Of a DNA stretch of 64,000 nucleotides, positions 31,095 through 40,445 are shown one piece after another. The stretch spans positions 32,001 through 96,000 of the forward strand of contig JBBQQR010000005.1 of assembly GCA_038215615.1 (NCBI GenBank), written 5' to 3'. How positions within the stretch are numbered: the stretch's first letter is position 1; every line of letters starts with the position of its first letter. The notes beneath the pieces were generated by a model. That model was not told where the DNA came from. It saw nothing but the letters and a program-made list of their open reading frames with translations, and made no database searches. The DNA comes from Vulcanimicrobiales bacterium (GTDB taxonomy: Bacteria > Vulcanimicrobiota > Vulcanimicrobiia > Vulcanimicrobiales > Vulcanimicrobiaceae). The translations under genes were made by a program, and so were the position numbers.

Positions 31095-31579
31095 CAGCTG
31101 CCGCTCTCCAGGGATTGCACGAACGTATGGGCGAGCTTCTTGTCGGCGGCAGCGTCCATGCGGCGGACGGCCGTCTCGCGCGCCAGCCCGAGCGCCTTCT
31201 CGACCAGTTCGTCACGCAGCTGTCCGCGCGCCGCGCCGCGGGCGCGCGCAAGTTCTCCCTCGGCGTCACGCAAAGCGCGTTCGCCCGCTGCGCGAGCTTC
31301 GCGCAAGATCGCCTCGCGTTCCGCCGCTACGAACGCCGCATTGCAGTCCTTGATCGCCAGCGCGTCTTGCTGCGCCAGCCCGATATCGCCCTGCAGTCCT
31401 TCGAGTGCAGCTTTGGCTTCGTCGCGATGCCGTTCGGCTTCGTTAATGCGCGCATTTTGTGCGGCTTGGGCGGCCAGGACGGCCGGCTGAATGAATTTGA
31501 CCCACATCCAGACGAGTACGCCCAAGAAGAGCACGGACGACGCGACTTGGCTCCACTCCGCGATCGCCACGTAGTTCAT
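31094..31579 (-). CDS. atpF: ATP synthase Fo subunit b
   Basis: N-terminal TM plus Ala-rich coiled coil, located before atpH. Confidence 0.85.
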   Translation of the reverse strand: MNYVAIAEWSQVASSVLFLGVLVWMWVKFIQPAVLAAQAAQNARINEAERHRDEAKAALEGLQGDIGLAQQDALAIKDCNAAFVAAEREAILREARAAGERALRDAEGELARARGAARGQLRDELVEKALGLARETAVRRMDAAADKKLAHTFVQSLESGS

Positions 31580-32010
31580 CGCGCGATCTCCGGTACTGCG
31601 CGCGCGAATATTTCGTTGGCCAATTCCTGGACCGTACGCGCCTGGTTCGAACGCGCGGCCTGAACTTCAGAATCGACGGTCTCGTGCGCCACGCGCACTT
31701 TTTCCGACGCTTGCTGCGCGAACTCAGTCGAAAGCCTCGCGCTTTCATTCGAAGCCTCGGCACGCGCCTGCGCTCCCAGCTGTTCGGCTTCGCGCCGCGC
31801 AGCCGCACGGATCGCCTCGGCTTGCGTACGCAGCGCGTTTCCTTCCGCCTGGTAACGCTCATAATCGCCGCTTACACTGTCGATGTACTCGCGGCGTTTG
31901 GCGATTGCGCGCGCGACGGGGCGCATGAAGACCACGTTCAAGATCGCGAAGAAGATCGCGAAGTTGAGCAGTTGGACGAAAATCGTCCCGTCGACCGAAA
32001 GGAAACTCAT
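31576..32010 (-). CDS. ATP synthase Fo subunit b' (second b-type subunit)
   Basis: DGT..VQLLNFAIFFAILN..F.RPV...I..R plus coiled coil. Confidence 0.88.
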   Translation of the reverse strand: MSFLSVDGTIFVQLLNFAIFFAILNVVFMRPVARAIAKRREYIDSVSGDYERYQAEGNALRTQAEAIRAAARREAEQLGAQARAEASNESARLSTEFAQQASEKVRVAHETVDSEVQAARSNQARTVQELANEIFARAVPEIAR

Positions 32011-32019
32011 CCTCTTACG

Positions 32020-32298
32020 TTACTTCGCGAAGGCTCCGACGAGTGCCGGTACTTTGGCGACGACGAGAAGAATGTAGAACGCGAGCGCGATCGCGATGAA
32101 CGGAACGGCTTCCAACACGCCCACGCCTAGGAACAGGAATGTGAAAATGTTCGAACGGGCCTCGGGCTGACGCGCGATCGCCTCGACGGCTTTGCTTGCG
32201 ACGATGCCGTCGCCCACTGCCGAACCGAACGCTACGCCGGAAATGATGATTCCGAACGCGATCAGCGTCGTGCCGATGATAAAAGCTTGCGGATTCAA
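32020..32298 (-). CDS. atpE: ATP synthase Fo subunit c
   Basis: ARQPE loop and LEAVP carboxylate; AAAGGA SD with TTG start 32298. Confidence 0.96.
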   Translation of the reverse strand: MNPQAFIIGTTLIAFGIIISGVAFGSAVGDGIVASKAVEAIARQPEARSNIFTFLFLGVGVLEAVPFIAIALAFYILLVVAKVPALVGAFAK

Positions 32299-32311
32299 GG
32301 AGTTTCCTTTC

Positions 32312-33043
32312 TCAATGTTGCTCGGCAATCGCGAGCGAGAGATAAACGATTGCGAGCAGGGTGAATACGAACGCCTGCACAGTGCCGACGAAGAAATTGA
32401 AAAACTGAATGAAAAACGGCACGACCGCTACGGCGAGTGAGAGATTGACCGGGCCAAGCATGATTTTGGCGGTGATGATTGAGGCGATAATGATGAAGAG
32501 CAGTTCGCCGACGAAGATGTTGAAGAACAAGCGCGCCGCCAGCGTGATGGGACGGAGAATTTCGTCGATGATGTTGATGGGCAGCAGCACCGGGAAGGGC
32601 TGCAGCAAGTGCTTGAGATATCCGACGCCTTTTTTCCGGAACGCGACGATTTGGATAATCAAGAACACCATCAGCGCGTACGGCGCCACCGTATTGAGAT
32701 CGGCCGTCGGCGACCCGCCGAACGGCAAGCCCAATACTTTGAACGGCAACACGCCGAACTGGTTGAGCATAAAAATGAAGATGAAGAGCGCGATGAAAAA
32801 CGGTACGAACGGTTCGCCCGCTTTTCCGAGCACGCCGTTCGCGAGATCCGCGATGTAGTTGATGATGCCTTCGATCACGGTTTGCCGTCGCGATACCCGG
32901 GCTGAGCGGTAACTCGCTCCAACCCACGCAAAAAAGAGCAAAGCCACGGCCATAACGAGCCATGTCGTCATAATCGTGTCGGCGTGAACGGAACCGAGAA
33001 CCGGCCACGTCCACGAGATGTGCTCTCCTATGTTTTCGTGCAA
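32312..33043 (-). CDS. atpB: ATP synthase Fo subunit a
   Basis: PTADLN, RPITLAARLFFNI..GE, QAFVFTLL..VY. Confidence 0.96.
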   Translation of the reverse strand: MHENIGEHISWTWPVLGSVHADTIMTTWLVMAVALLFFAWVGASYRSARVSRRQTVIEGIINYIADLANGVLGKAGEPFVPFFIALFIFIFMLNQFGVLPFKVLGLPFGGSPTADLNTVAPYALMVFLIIQIVAFRKKGVGYLKHLLQPFPVLLPINIIDEILRPITLAARLFFNIFVGELLFIIIASIITAKIMLGPVNLSLAVAVVPFFIQFFNFFVGTVQAFVFTLLAIVYLSLAIAEQH

Positions 33044-33412
33044 CTATTCGATCTTTCGTGCGTAAGCGCGTTTGAGCAAGACTGCGTATATCCCGAACGG
33101 CGTGAAGAACCCGATGAAGTACCACGCCAACGTCCACAGAGAAGGAAACCGGAGCGCCAGGGCCACCGGAACTATACCGAATAGGCACAGGCGCAGAAAA
33201 CTACTTAAGACGAACGCCGGGATGCTGCGCCGGTCGAGCAACCTTTCGTTGCCGAGCATCGATAGGAGCGCGTTGGCGATCCCGGCGGCGCCCCCGGCCA
33301 GCAGGACGACCGCGAAGCTGACGTTCCAAGCGGACAGTACCGCCGCAGCGACGGCGACCACGAAGAGCGTGCCAAGCGCCATCGACCGCTTGAGCCCGCG
33401 GTACAATTCCAT
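33044..33412 (-). CDS. atpI: ATP synthase protein I-like membrane protein
   Basis: 4-TM, 122 aa from ATG 33412, directly upstream of atpB. Confidence 0.7.
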   Translation of the reverse strand: MELYRGLKRSMALGTLFVVAVAAAVLSAWNVSFAVVLLAGGAAGIANALLSMLGNERLLDRRSIPAFVLSSFLRLCLFGIVPVALALRFPSLWTLAWYFIGFFTPFGIYAVLLKRAYARKIE

Positions 33413-33426
33413 AGCAGGGCTTTCCT

Positions 33427-33618
33427 TCAAGAAATGTTCGTTTGCACCAGCAGACGGAATGCGGTATATCCACCCAGAGCGACGCCGGCGAAAAGGCCGG
33501 CGACCGCAAAATATTCCGTGTGCCGCGCGTGATCTAGCCAGACGCCGATCAGCAACCCGCCGACAGCTGCCCCCGTAAAGGCCGAACCCGCCGCCACGAC
33601 CGCCGTAGCGCCTTTCAC
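33427..33618 (-). CDS. AtpZ/AtpI (gene 1) family small membrane protein
   Basis: G.LIG.WLD....T motif; 2 TM segments. Confidence 0.8.
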   Translation of the reverse strand: MKGATAVVAAGSAFTGAAVGGLLIGVWLDHARHTEYFAVAGLFAGVALGGYTAFRLLVQTNIS

Positions 33619-34778
33619 TCCGTGAGACCGCCCTCAAACGGCGCCGGGTAGTCGCCGCTGCGTAAACGTGCGAGCAGCCAAGCCGCGACCCGCTCGGAAG
33701 CGTGTCCGTCACCGTATGGATTGTGCGCGTGCGACATTTGTTCGTAAGCCTCACCGCCGGAAAGCAAGCGTGCCGCGGCCGCGATGATTTTTGCGCGATC
33801 GTGTCCGACGAGTTCCAGCGTTCCGGCGAGGACGCCCTCGGGGCGTTCCGTTTCCTCACGCATGACGAGCACGGGCTTGCCCAGACAGGGCGCTTCTTCT
33901 TGCAGTCCGCCGCTGTCGGTCAGCACGAACGTGCAGTCGCGCACCGCCGCGACCATGCGCGCGTAATCCATCGGCTCGACGAGCACGACGCCCGGTTCGT
34001 TCCCGAGCACTTCATAAGCGATCGGACGGACGCGCGGCGACGGATGTACCGGCCAAAAAATCTGCGGACGCTGCGGCATGCGCGCGATCGCGAGCATGGC
34101 CTCGCACATTTCACGCATGTGTGCGTGATTCTCGCGGCGGTGCGCAGTCACAACGATGATCGGACGCTGCGCGTCGATGCGATCCCACCCGGGGGGCTGC
34201 GGCAAATCTTCGCGGGAGGCAGTGAGCAAAAACGCGTCGATCACCGTGTTGCCGGTCACGATGATATTTTCTTTCGGAACATTTTCGCCGAGCAGATGTT
34301 CGCGCGAGAGCTGGGTCGGAGCGAAGTGATACGACGAAATCGTGCCTGTTATGCGCCGGTTCATCTCTTCGGGAAACGGCAGCGAGGGATCGCTCGTGCG
34401 AAGTCCGGCCTCGACGTGGCCGACCGGGATTTGCTGGTAGAACGCTGCCAGCGCCGCCGCGGTGCTCGTAGTCGTATCGCCGTGCACCAGCGCGACGTCC
34501 GGACGGATTTCTTCGAAAACTTTCTCCATGCCGATGAGAACGCGCGTCGTGATCTCGGTGAGCGTTTGATCTTCGGTCATGATGTCGAGATCGTGATCGG
34601 GCCGGATCGCGAAGAGCGCGAGCAAGTCGTCGAGCATCTCGCGGTGCTGCGCGCTGACGCACACGATACACTCGACGTGCGGGTGGCGCTGCAGCTCCGC
34701 TACAACAGGGGCCATCTTGATCGTGTCCGGGCGCGTGCCGAAGATCGCCATAACGCGCAGCGGTTTGGTTTCGCTCAT
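33615..34778 (-). CDS. wecB: UDP-N-acetylglucosamine 2-epimerase (non-hydrolysing)
   Basis: FGTRPD.IKM, QHREML, HGDTT, HVEAGLR, TDSGGLQEEAP, NPYGDG. Confidence 0.96.
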   Translation of the reverse strand: MSETKPLRVMAIFGTRPDTIKMAPVVAELQRHPHVECIVCVSAQHREMLDDLLALFAIRPDHDLDIMTEDQTLTEITTRVLIGMEKVFEEIRPDVALVHGDTTTSTAAALAAFYQQIPVGHVEAGLRTSDPSLPFPEEMNRRITGTISSYHFAPTQLSREHLLGENVPKENIIVTGNTVIDAFLLTASREDLPQPPGWDRIDAQRPIIVVTAHRRENHAHMREMCEAMLAIARMPQRPQIFWPVHPSPRVRPIAYEVLGNEPGVVLVEPMDYARMVAAVRDCTFVLTDSGGLQEEAPCLGKPVLVMREETERPEGVLAGTLELVGHDRAKIIAAAARLLSGGEAYEQMSHAHNPYGDGHASERVAAWLLARLRSGDYPAPFEGGLTE

Positions 34779-35767
34779 GCCAAATAGAGAGCGGCCGCGC
34801 CAAGCAAAATGCAAATCGCGTAGATCAGCAGCACCGCTTGACGCGCGTTGAGTCCGAACCGGAAAACGAGCAGGTGATGGAAGTGCCCCAGATCGCCTTC
34901 GCTGATTCGTTTTCCCGAGCGCGCCCGCCGGAAAATCGCCGCAGCCGTATCAACGATCGGCAGCGCCAGCACGATCATCGGCGCGATCAAACCGACCGCA
35001 ATGGCCGTCTTGCTCGTACCGATGATTGAAACGGTCGCGAAAACGTAGCCGATGAAGTGCGAGCCGCTGTCTCCCAAGATGATGCGGGCCGGCGCGAAAT
35101 TATAGGGCAGAAAGCCGAGCGCTCCGCCGGCCAGTGCGATCAAGACCAGCGCGACGATTGGATCCCTCGTGAACGCGATCGCGAACAAAAAAATCGACGA
35201 GATCGCCGTAAAGCCGGAGAGCAAGCCGTCCAATCCGTCGATGAAGTTGATGGCGTTGATCATGCCGGTGTACCATAGCAGCGTCAGCGGATAGCTGACC
35301 CACCACGGAAAGTAGATGAAGTCGCTGGGGTCGTGCGAGAGCGGCCGGTGGATGTAGTCGATGTGAAAACCATACGCCATGGAGATCAGGGCGACCGCGA
35401 TCTGGGCGACGAGTTTATATTTAGGGCGCAGTCCCATGATGTCGTCCCACAAGCCGACGCACATAATCAGCATGCTGCCGAAGAGCAGGCCGATCAGGTT
35501 GTGGGCGGCAGCCAGTTGGTCGTGCGGCGGAAGAAACCCGCGCGCGTTCGAGAGCGCGAAGCCGAGCACCACGAAGAGCGCGAACGCGAAACCGAAGAAG
35601 ACTGCAACGCCGCCGATGCGCGGCTTGGGCTCTTCGTGCATGCGGCGATCGTCGGTGACGTCGAACATGCCGACGCGATGCGCCAGCCGCAGGATCAGCG
35701 GCGTGGTGAGAAGTGCCGCGGCCAACGCGATCGCAAAACCCGCTATATAAAGGTAGTTCGCCGTCAC
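34775..35767 (-). CDS. Undecaprenyl-phosphate GlcNAc-1-phosphate transferase (WecA/TagO, GT4/MraY-like)
   Basis: PRIGGVA, GLWDD, NAINFIDGLDGL, YNF.PA.I.LGDSGS, HFHH; GTG 35767. Confidence 0.92.
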   Translation of the reverse strand: MTANYLYIAGFAIALAAALLTTPLILRLAHRVGMFDVTDDRRMHEEPKPRIGGVAVFFGFAFALFVVLGFALSNARGFLPPHDQLAAAHNLIGLLFGSMLIMCVGLWDDIMGLRPKYKLVAQIAVALISMAYGFHIDYIHRPLSHDPSDFIYFPWWVSYPLTLLWYTGMINAINFIDGLDGLLSGFTAISSIFLFAIAFTRDPIVALVLIALAGGALGFLPYNFAPARIILGDSGSHFIGYVFATVSIIGTSKTAIAVGLIAPMIVLALPIVDTAAAIFRRARSGKRISEGDLGHFHHLLVFRFGLNARQAVLLIYAICILLGAAALYLA

Positions 35768-36183
35768 GTGCCGGCCTGTTCGATAACGACTTCCGCCTCG
35801 CGCAGCAGCGCTTCGGCAACCGGATCGGCGTAAGGCGTCTGATAGACCAGCCGGCGCACGCCCGCGCTGATGAAGAGTTTGGTGCAGTTCACGCAAGGCT
35901 GATGCGTGCAGTAGGCGGTGGATTTCGAGAGGGTCACGCCATGCAGCGCGCCCTGGACGATGGCATTTGCTTCCGCGTGCGTCGCGCGCTGGCAGTGATC
36001 GTTCACGACGATGCAGCCCGCATCGGAGCAGTGCGCCACGCCGGGCGACGAGCCGTTATAGCCGGTCGTGAGGATGCGGTGATCGCGCACGAGCACGCAG
36101 CCGACGGACGCCCGCGGGCACGTTGCCCGCGTCGCGACGGTCTGGGCGATCTGCATGAAGTAGTCATCCCACCCGGGACGCAC
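35764..36183 (-). CDS. dCMP deaminase / ComEB family
   Basis: RPGWDDYFM, TGYNG, HAEANA, PCVNC; GTG 36183. Confidence 0.92.
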   Translation of the reverse strand: MRPGWDDYFMQIAQTVATRATCPRASVGCVLVRDHRILTTGYNGSSPGVAHCSDAGCIVVNDHCQRATHAEANAIVQGALHGVTLSKSTAYCTHQPCVNCTKLFISAGVRRLVYQTPYADPVAEALLREAEVVIEQAGT

Positions 36184-36184
36184 G

Positions 36185-36856
36185 CTATTTTCGCGACCTG
36201 TGCGAAACCGGGACGGAGCTGGTGCTGCCGAACATGCGGTCGCCCGCGTCTCCCAGTCCCGGCACGATGTAAGCATGTTCGTTCAAGCGCTCGTCGAGCG
36301 CCGCCGTGACTATGCGCACGCTGGGATGCGCGGCTTGGATCGTTTTGACGCCCTCCGGCGCGGCGATCAAGCTGACGAACGTCATGTCCCGCGCGCCGCG
36401 CGACGCGAGCGCCTCCAGCGCTGCGGCGCCGGAATTCCCCGTTGCCAGCATGGGATCTAACAGAAAGACCCTGCGTTCAGCCAAGTCGTCCGGAACGTTC
36501 GCATAATAGGCAACGGGCTGAAGCGAGTCGGGATCGCGATAGAATCCGAGGTGGGCGACGACGGCGTCGTCGATGACGTCGAGAAATCCGGGAAGCAGCC
36601 CCAAACCGGCGCGCAAGATCGGCGCCACGACGGGACACGTTGCTATGCGCTTCGCGGTCATCTCGGTCAGCGGCGTCATCACGCGTTCGTCACGCAGCGG
36701 CAAGTCTCGCGTCGCTTCGTATGCGAGAAAGGCGCCGAGTTCTTCCATGAGCTTGCGAAAGACCGGTGTCGGCGTATCGCGATCGCGCAACCGCGCGAGC
36801 CGGTCGGCAACGGCCGGGTGGTTGACGACGAGCAGAGAATCTGGTGCGCCGGTCAT
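36185..36856 (-). CDS. upp: Uracil phosphoribosyltransferase
   Basis: PILRAGLG, DPMLATG.S, YIVPGLGDAGDR. Confidence 0.97.
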   Translation of the reverse strand: MTGAPDSLLVVNHPAVADRLARLRDRDTPTPVFRKLMEELGAFLAYEATRDLPLRDERVMTPLTEMTAKRIATCPVVAPILRAGLGLLPGFLDVIDDAVVAHLGFYRDPDSLQPVAYYANVPDDLAERRVFLLDPMLATGNSGAAALEALASRGARDMTFVSLIAAPEGVKTIQAAHPSVRIVTAALDERLNEHAYIVPGLGDAGDRMFGSTSSVPVSHRSRK

Positions 36857-36860
36857 ATGC

Positions 36861-38108
36861 TTACGGGACGCTGAAACGGCCCGTGAGTTCGCGCACGCGT
36901 CCGCGCAGCGCGTCGATTTTAGCGCGCGTGCCGATATCGTCGAGCCCTTCGCAGATGATACGCGCGACTTCGCGGCATTCGTCTTCGCCGAACCCCCGCG
37001 TCGTTATCGCGGGCGTGCCGATGCGGATTCCGCTGGCCACGAACGGCTTCTGCTGATCGTAGGGAATTGCGTTCTTGTTGACGGTGATGCTGATGCCGTC
37101 CAGATATTCCTCAGCGGCCTTCCCGGTGAGTCCGCGGACCGAAACGTCGACGAGCATCAGATGCGTATCGGTTCCGCCGCCGACCAGCCGTAAGCCATTG
37201 CGCGCAAATTCGTCGGCCATCGCGCGCGCGTTGCGCACGACGTTGCGTTGGTAGGCCGTAAATTCGGGTTTGAGCGCTTCGCCGAAGGCGACAGCTTTGG
37301 CGGCGATCATGTGCATGAACGGTCCGCCTTGAATCCCGGGGAAAACCGACTTGTCGAGCGGCTGCGCCCATTGTTCTTTGCAAAGGATCAGGCCGCCGCG
37401 CGGACCGCGCAGCGTCTTGTGCGTAGTCGACGTGACGAAATCGGCAACCGGCACGGGCGACGGATGCAGCCCCGCCGCGACTAAACCTGCGATGTGCGCC
37501 ATGTCGACCATCAGCGGCGCGCCGATTTCGTCGGCGATCTCGCGGAACTGGGCGTACTCCATTGTTCGCGGGTACGCGCTGGCGCCCGCGATGATCATCT
37601 TCGGTTTGTGTTCGCGCGCGAGTCTGCGCACTTCGTCAAAATCGATCAGCTCCGTGTCTTTACGCACGCCGTACGCAAACGCGCTGTAAAGTTTGCCGCT
37701 GAAACTGACCTTTGTGCCATGCGTCAAGTGGCCGCCGTGCGCGAGCGACATGCCGAGGACCGGATCGCCCGGTTTCAGCACCGTCATGAACACGGCCATG
37801 TTCGCCTGCGCGCCGGCATGAGCTTGCACGTTGGCATGATCGGCTCCGAAGAGTTGCTTCAAGCGGTCGATCGCGAGATTCTCCGCGATGTCCACGAACT
37901 CGCAGCCGCCGTAATAGCGTTTGCCCGGATAGCCCTCGGCGTATTTGTCGGTCATGACCGAGCCCATCGCCTCGCGCACGGCTTTGCTCGAGTAGTTTTC
38001 CGACGCGATCAGCTCGAGATTCTGACGCTGCCGCGCTTCCTCACCGGCGATTGCCGCAAAGAGTTCCGGATCTTGCGCTTCGATAAGGCTGCCCGAGCTG
38101 GCGATCAA
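36861..38108 (-). CDS. glyA: Serine hydroxymethyltransferase
   Basis: [44 protein letters not shown] 38108. Confidence 0.98.
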   Translation of the reverse strand: MIASSGSLIEAQDPELFAAIAGEEARQRQNLELIASENYSSKAVREAMGSVMTDKYAEGYPGKRYYGGCEFVDIAENLAIDRLKQLFGADHANVQAHAGAQANMAVFMTVLKPGDPVLGMSLAHGGHLTHGTKVSFSGKLYSAFAYGVRKDTELIDFDEVRRLAREHKPKMIIAGASAYPRTMEYAQFREIADEIGAPLMVDMAHIAGLVAAGLHPSPVPVADFVTSTTHKTLRGPRGGLILCKEQWAQPLDKSVFPGIQGGPFMHMIAAKAVAFGEALKPEFTAYQRNVVRNARAMADEFARNGLRLVGGGTDTHLMLVDVSVRGLTGKAAEEYLDGISITVNKNAIPYDQQKPFVASGIRIGTPAITTRGFGEDECREVARIICEGLDDIGTRAKIDALRGRVRELTGRFSVP

Positions 38109-38290
38109 AGCGCAGCGTCTCCGCGCAGCAGCTTGCTCAACACCCAAATCGCAAAGGCGGCCATCATTGCGCCCAGGGCCCACGCCACAATGTTATTGCC
38201 TTGACCGCGCACGGCAGCGTAGATGTCCCACGCGCAGATGACGACCGCTACCGCGAAGATGATCCACAAGCCGGTACGCGAGCGCGTCAC
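38105..38290 (-). CDS. Small 2-TM hypothetical membrane protein
   Basis: GTG 38290 overlaps the rpiB stop and its own stop overlaps the glyA start; two hydrophobic helices. Confidence 0.7.
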   Translation of the reverse strand: MTRSRTGLWIIFAVAVVICAWDIYAAVRGQGNNIVAWALGAMMAAFAIWVLSKLLRGDAAL

Positions 38291-38811
38291 GATGTCGCTC
38301 CCAGCAGCTCGCGCGGCGTCTGCGCATCCGTCACGTTTCCGGCTTCGATTGCCTTGAGCGTGCGCGCACGCTGGGCGTCGCTGTACTCGAAGAGCTGCTC
38401 GACGCGGTGCGCGTGACGTCCGCCGTCGAACATCGTCGTCAGGAATATCAGGACGCACCGCTCGATCATCTCCCAACCGGTGAGACGCTCCGAAAGTGCC
38501 AGCACGTTGGCGTCGTTATGCCGGCGCGCGAGCTCCGTTGCGAGCGGTTCGAAAACCGCGGCACAGCGTATCCCGGGTACTTTGTTGGCCGCCATTGAGA
38601 TCCCGATGCTCGACCCGCAGACCAGTATTCCGCGCTCGGCTTGTCCCGACGCGACGGCTTCCCCGACCGCGTAACCATACTGTGGGTAATCGACCGGCGT
38701 GTCGTCGTGCGTTCCGAAATCTAAAATGGTGTGACCGGCGTCGCGCAACGCGAGCGCGATGCGATCCTTGTATTCGAAACCGGCGTGATCGGCTGCAACG
38801 GCGATATTCAC
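38287..38811 (-). CDS. rpiB: Ribose-5-phosphate isomerase B
   Basis: DHAG, DYP, CGS.IG.SMAANK, ARRHNDANVL, FDGGRH..RV; GTG 38811. Confidence 0.95.
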   Translation of the reverse strand: MNIAVAADHAGFEYKDRIALALRDAGHTILDFGTHDDTPVDYPQYGYAVGEAVASGQAERGILVCGSSIGISMAANKVPGIRCAAVFEPLATELARRHNDANVLALSERLTGWEMIERCVLIFLTTMFDGGRHAHRVEQLFEYSDAQRARTLKAIEAGNVTDAQTPRELLGATS

Positions 38812-38851
38812 AAGGGGTACCTTCCAATATGCGGTCGAAACGAGCGCGCCT

Positions 38852-39553
38852 ATGAAGCTGGCTTGCTCGAGCACGGCTTTCGACGTTCAGTTGCGCAGCG
38901 GCGATCTCACCCAACTCGAATGGATCGATGCATGCGCGCGGGAGCTCGCAGCCGACGGCGTCGTTTTTGACGTGCGGCATTTTCCGCGCACCGACACGGA
39001 CTACCTCGCCCAGGTCAAAAAGATGTCCGCCGACCTGGGGCTGACCGTGGCGGCGCTTAGGCACGACGGCTTTTTCACGGCCGGCGCCGCGCATATCGAG
39101 CAAGCGCTCGAGATGGCGCTCGCGCTCGGATCGCCGCTCCTGGCCGCACCGCTTCCCCCCACGACCGCAGCGGCATGGGACTCCGTACTGGAGACGCTGG
39201 GCGAAGCGGCGTCGCTGGCAAAACGCCACAACGTCACGATCGCGCTACGTAACCAGCCGCATTCTTTTGCCGCGGGTGCGCACGACATGAAGCGCGTTGT
39301 GAAAGAAACCGATTCGGCGTGGCTGCGTTATGGGCCGGAGTTCGAAACGCTCGAAGAAGGAAGCGATCGGCGCGAACTCATTCCGAAGACCGTTTTGGTT
39401 TGGCACGATGTAGCGGCCGGTGAAGAGAGTTTGCGCGCGTTGTTAAAAGATTACCGCGGATTCGTGGCGCTGGATGCGGCACAGGGCGACGCTACGGTGC
39501 AGACGATAAAAGAAGCGGTCGACCGCATATGGCGTCTGTCGTATAAGGTGTGA
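38852..39553 (+). CDS. Sugar-phosphate isomerase/epimerase-like (AP endonuclease 2 / xylose isomerase TIM barrel), degenerate
   Basis: MKLACSS..F, EL..DGV.....HFP, ....A..LG, AK..NVTIAL.N pattern; divergent from rpiB. Confidence 0.7.
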   Translation: MKLACSSTAFDVQLRSGDLTQLEWIDACARELAADGVVFDVRHFPRTDTDYLAQVKKMSADLGLTVAALRHDGFFTAGAAHIEQALEMALALGSPLLAAPLPPTTAAAWDSVLETLGEAASLAKRHNVTIALRNQPHSFAAGAHDMKRVVKETDSAWLRYGPEFETLEEGSDRRELIPKTVLVWHDVAAGEESLRALLKDYRGFVALDAAQGDATVQTIKEAVDRIWRLSYKV

Positions 39554-39706
39554 ACCTGCTTTCTCGCAGGTGGGTGCGGCCCGGGCGCCGGTGCGGCAGC
39601 CGTTGAAGGCCACTACGCCGTCGTATCCGGAGCTGATGCTCCCTAGGTACTATCGTTGGCCCAGCACCTGCAATACGTTGCGCGCCATGCGCAGTCGACG
39701 GCCTTC
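39512..39706 (-). ncRNA. ssrS: 6S RNA
   Basis: About 195-nt rod: 5' GTCGACTGCGCATGGCG pairs with 3' CGCCATATGCGGTCGAC. Carries GGGAGC and GCACCCACCTGC-GAGAAA-GCAGGTTCA segments typical of Bacillus-type 6S-1 RNA. Extended -10 immediately upstream. Confidence 0.88.
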
Positions 39707-39715
39707 ACTGTACCA
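39707..39715 (-). promoter_or_regulatory. Extended -10 promoter of 6S RNA
   Basis: TGGTACAGT = TGnTAnnnT directly before the predicted 5' end. Confidence 0.6.
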
Positions 39716-39756
39716 CAAGGCCTTGCTAAAAGCATCCAAGCGCGTGAACGACCGGC

Positions 39757-40200
39757 ATGGCAATCGCAATCCCCTCACGGGCCCGCTCGGATTTCGAGCT
39801 CGCTAGGGCGTATTTGATCCGCGACGGCGGCGAGCGCAGTCTCTTGCGACGCTTGGAGTCATCCGCGCGGACGTTTCATCTGACGATCGATCGCCACGGC
39901 GACGATCACTTCGATCCGGCCACGGACACCATAGCGTGGGATCCGTACAGTGCATTGCGCACCACACGTGGCGGCAGACAGTCACCCGCCCTCGGCCTGG
40001 CACACGAAATCGCGCACGCCGTGGAATCGCCACGCCGGGAAGCCGAGCTGAGCTCGCGTTTGCGCGCACGCTACGACAACGACGAAGAGGCTCGCGTCAT
40101 TCGCGGGAGCGAGCGGCATGCGGCGCGCGTATTAGGCGAAGGCATCCGTTTCGATCATCGCGGAAGCCTGTACCGGGTCAGCACGCCGGTTTCGCGGTAA
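39757..40200 (+). CDS. Stand-alone HEXXH zinc metallopeptidase-like protein (resembles Rhs C-terminal/M91-like domains)
   Basis: TIAWDP, SPALGLAHEIAHA, YDNDEEARVI, LGEGIR.DH; no signal peptide. Confidence 0.7.
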   Translation: MAIAIPSRARSDFELARAYLIRDGGERSLLRRLESSARTFHLTIDRHGDDHFDPATDTIAWDPYSALRTTRGGRQSPALGLAHEIAHAVESPRREAELSSRLRARYDNDEEARVIRGSERHAARVLGEGIRFDHRGSLYRVSTPVSR

Positions 40201-40235
40201 CGCTGAGGGGGCAGAAGTCACCATGAGGTTCCTTT

Positions 40236-40409
40236 ATGAACGAAACAAAAAACGACGACCTTGAAAAAACCGCCGACGGCGACCCGCTGGTCGATCGCGG
40301 CAGCGCGGATTCGGCCAACGATACGGTCACCGATCCGCAAGAGGACGGCGATGACGAGCAAGAGGACGACGGCGAAGACGAAGAGGACGAGGAAGACCTA
40401 GGCCTCTAG
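40236..40409 (+). CDS. 57-aa hyper-acidic peptide (not in ORF track)
   Basis: GAGG SD; MNETKNDDLEKTADGDPLVDRGSADSANDTVTDPQEDGDDEQEDDGEDEEDEEDLGL; fills the intergenic gap. Confidence 0.8.
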   Translation: MNETKNDDLEKTADGDPLVDRGSADSANDTVTDPQEDGDDEQEDDGEDEEDEEDLGL

Positions 40410-40445
40410 GGGCTGGAACCGCCTGCGAGAACGAAGCAGTGCGAC

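Noticed and set aside
39570..39806. 78-aa ORF over the 6S region
   Set aside because: Better explained by the 6S RNA on the opposite strand; no protein motif.
40339..40397. GAC/GAG/GAA low-complexity tract as a DNA tandem repeat
   Set aside because: It is the codon pattern of the acidic peptide, not a discrete repeat unit.
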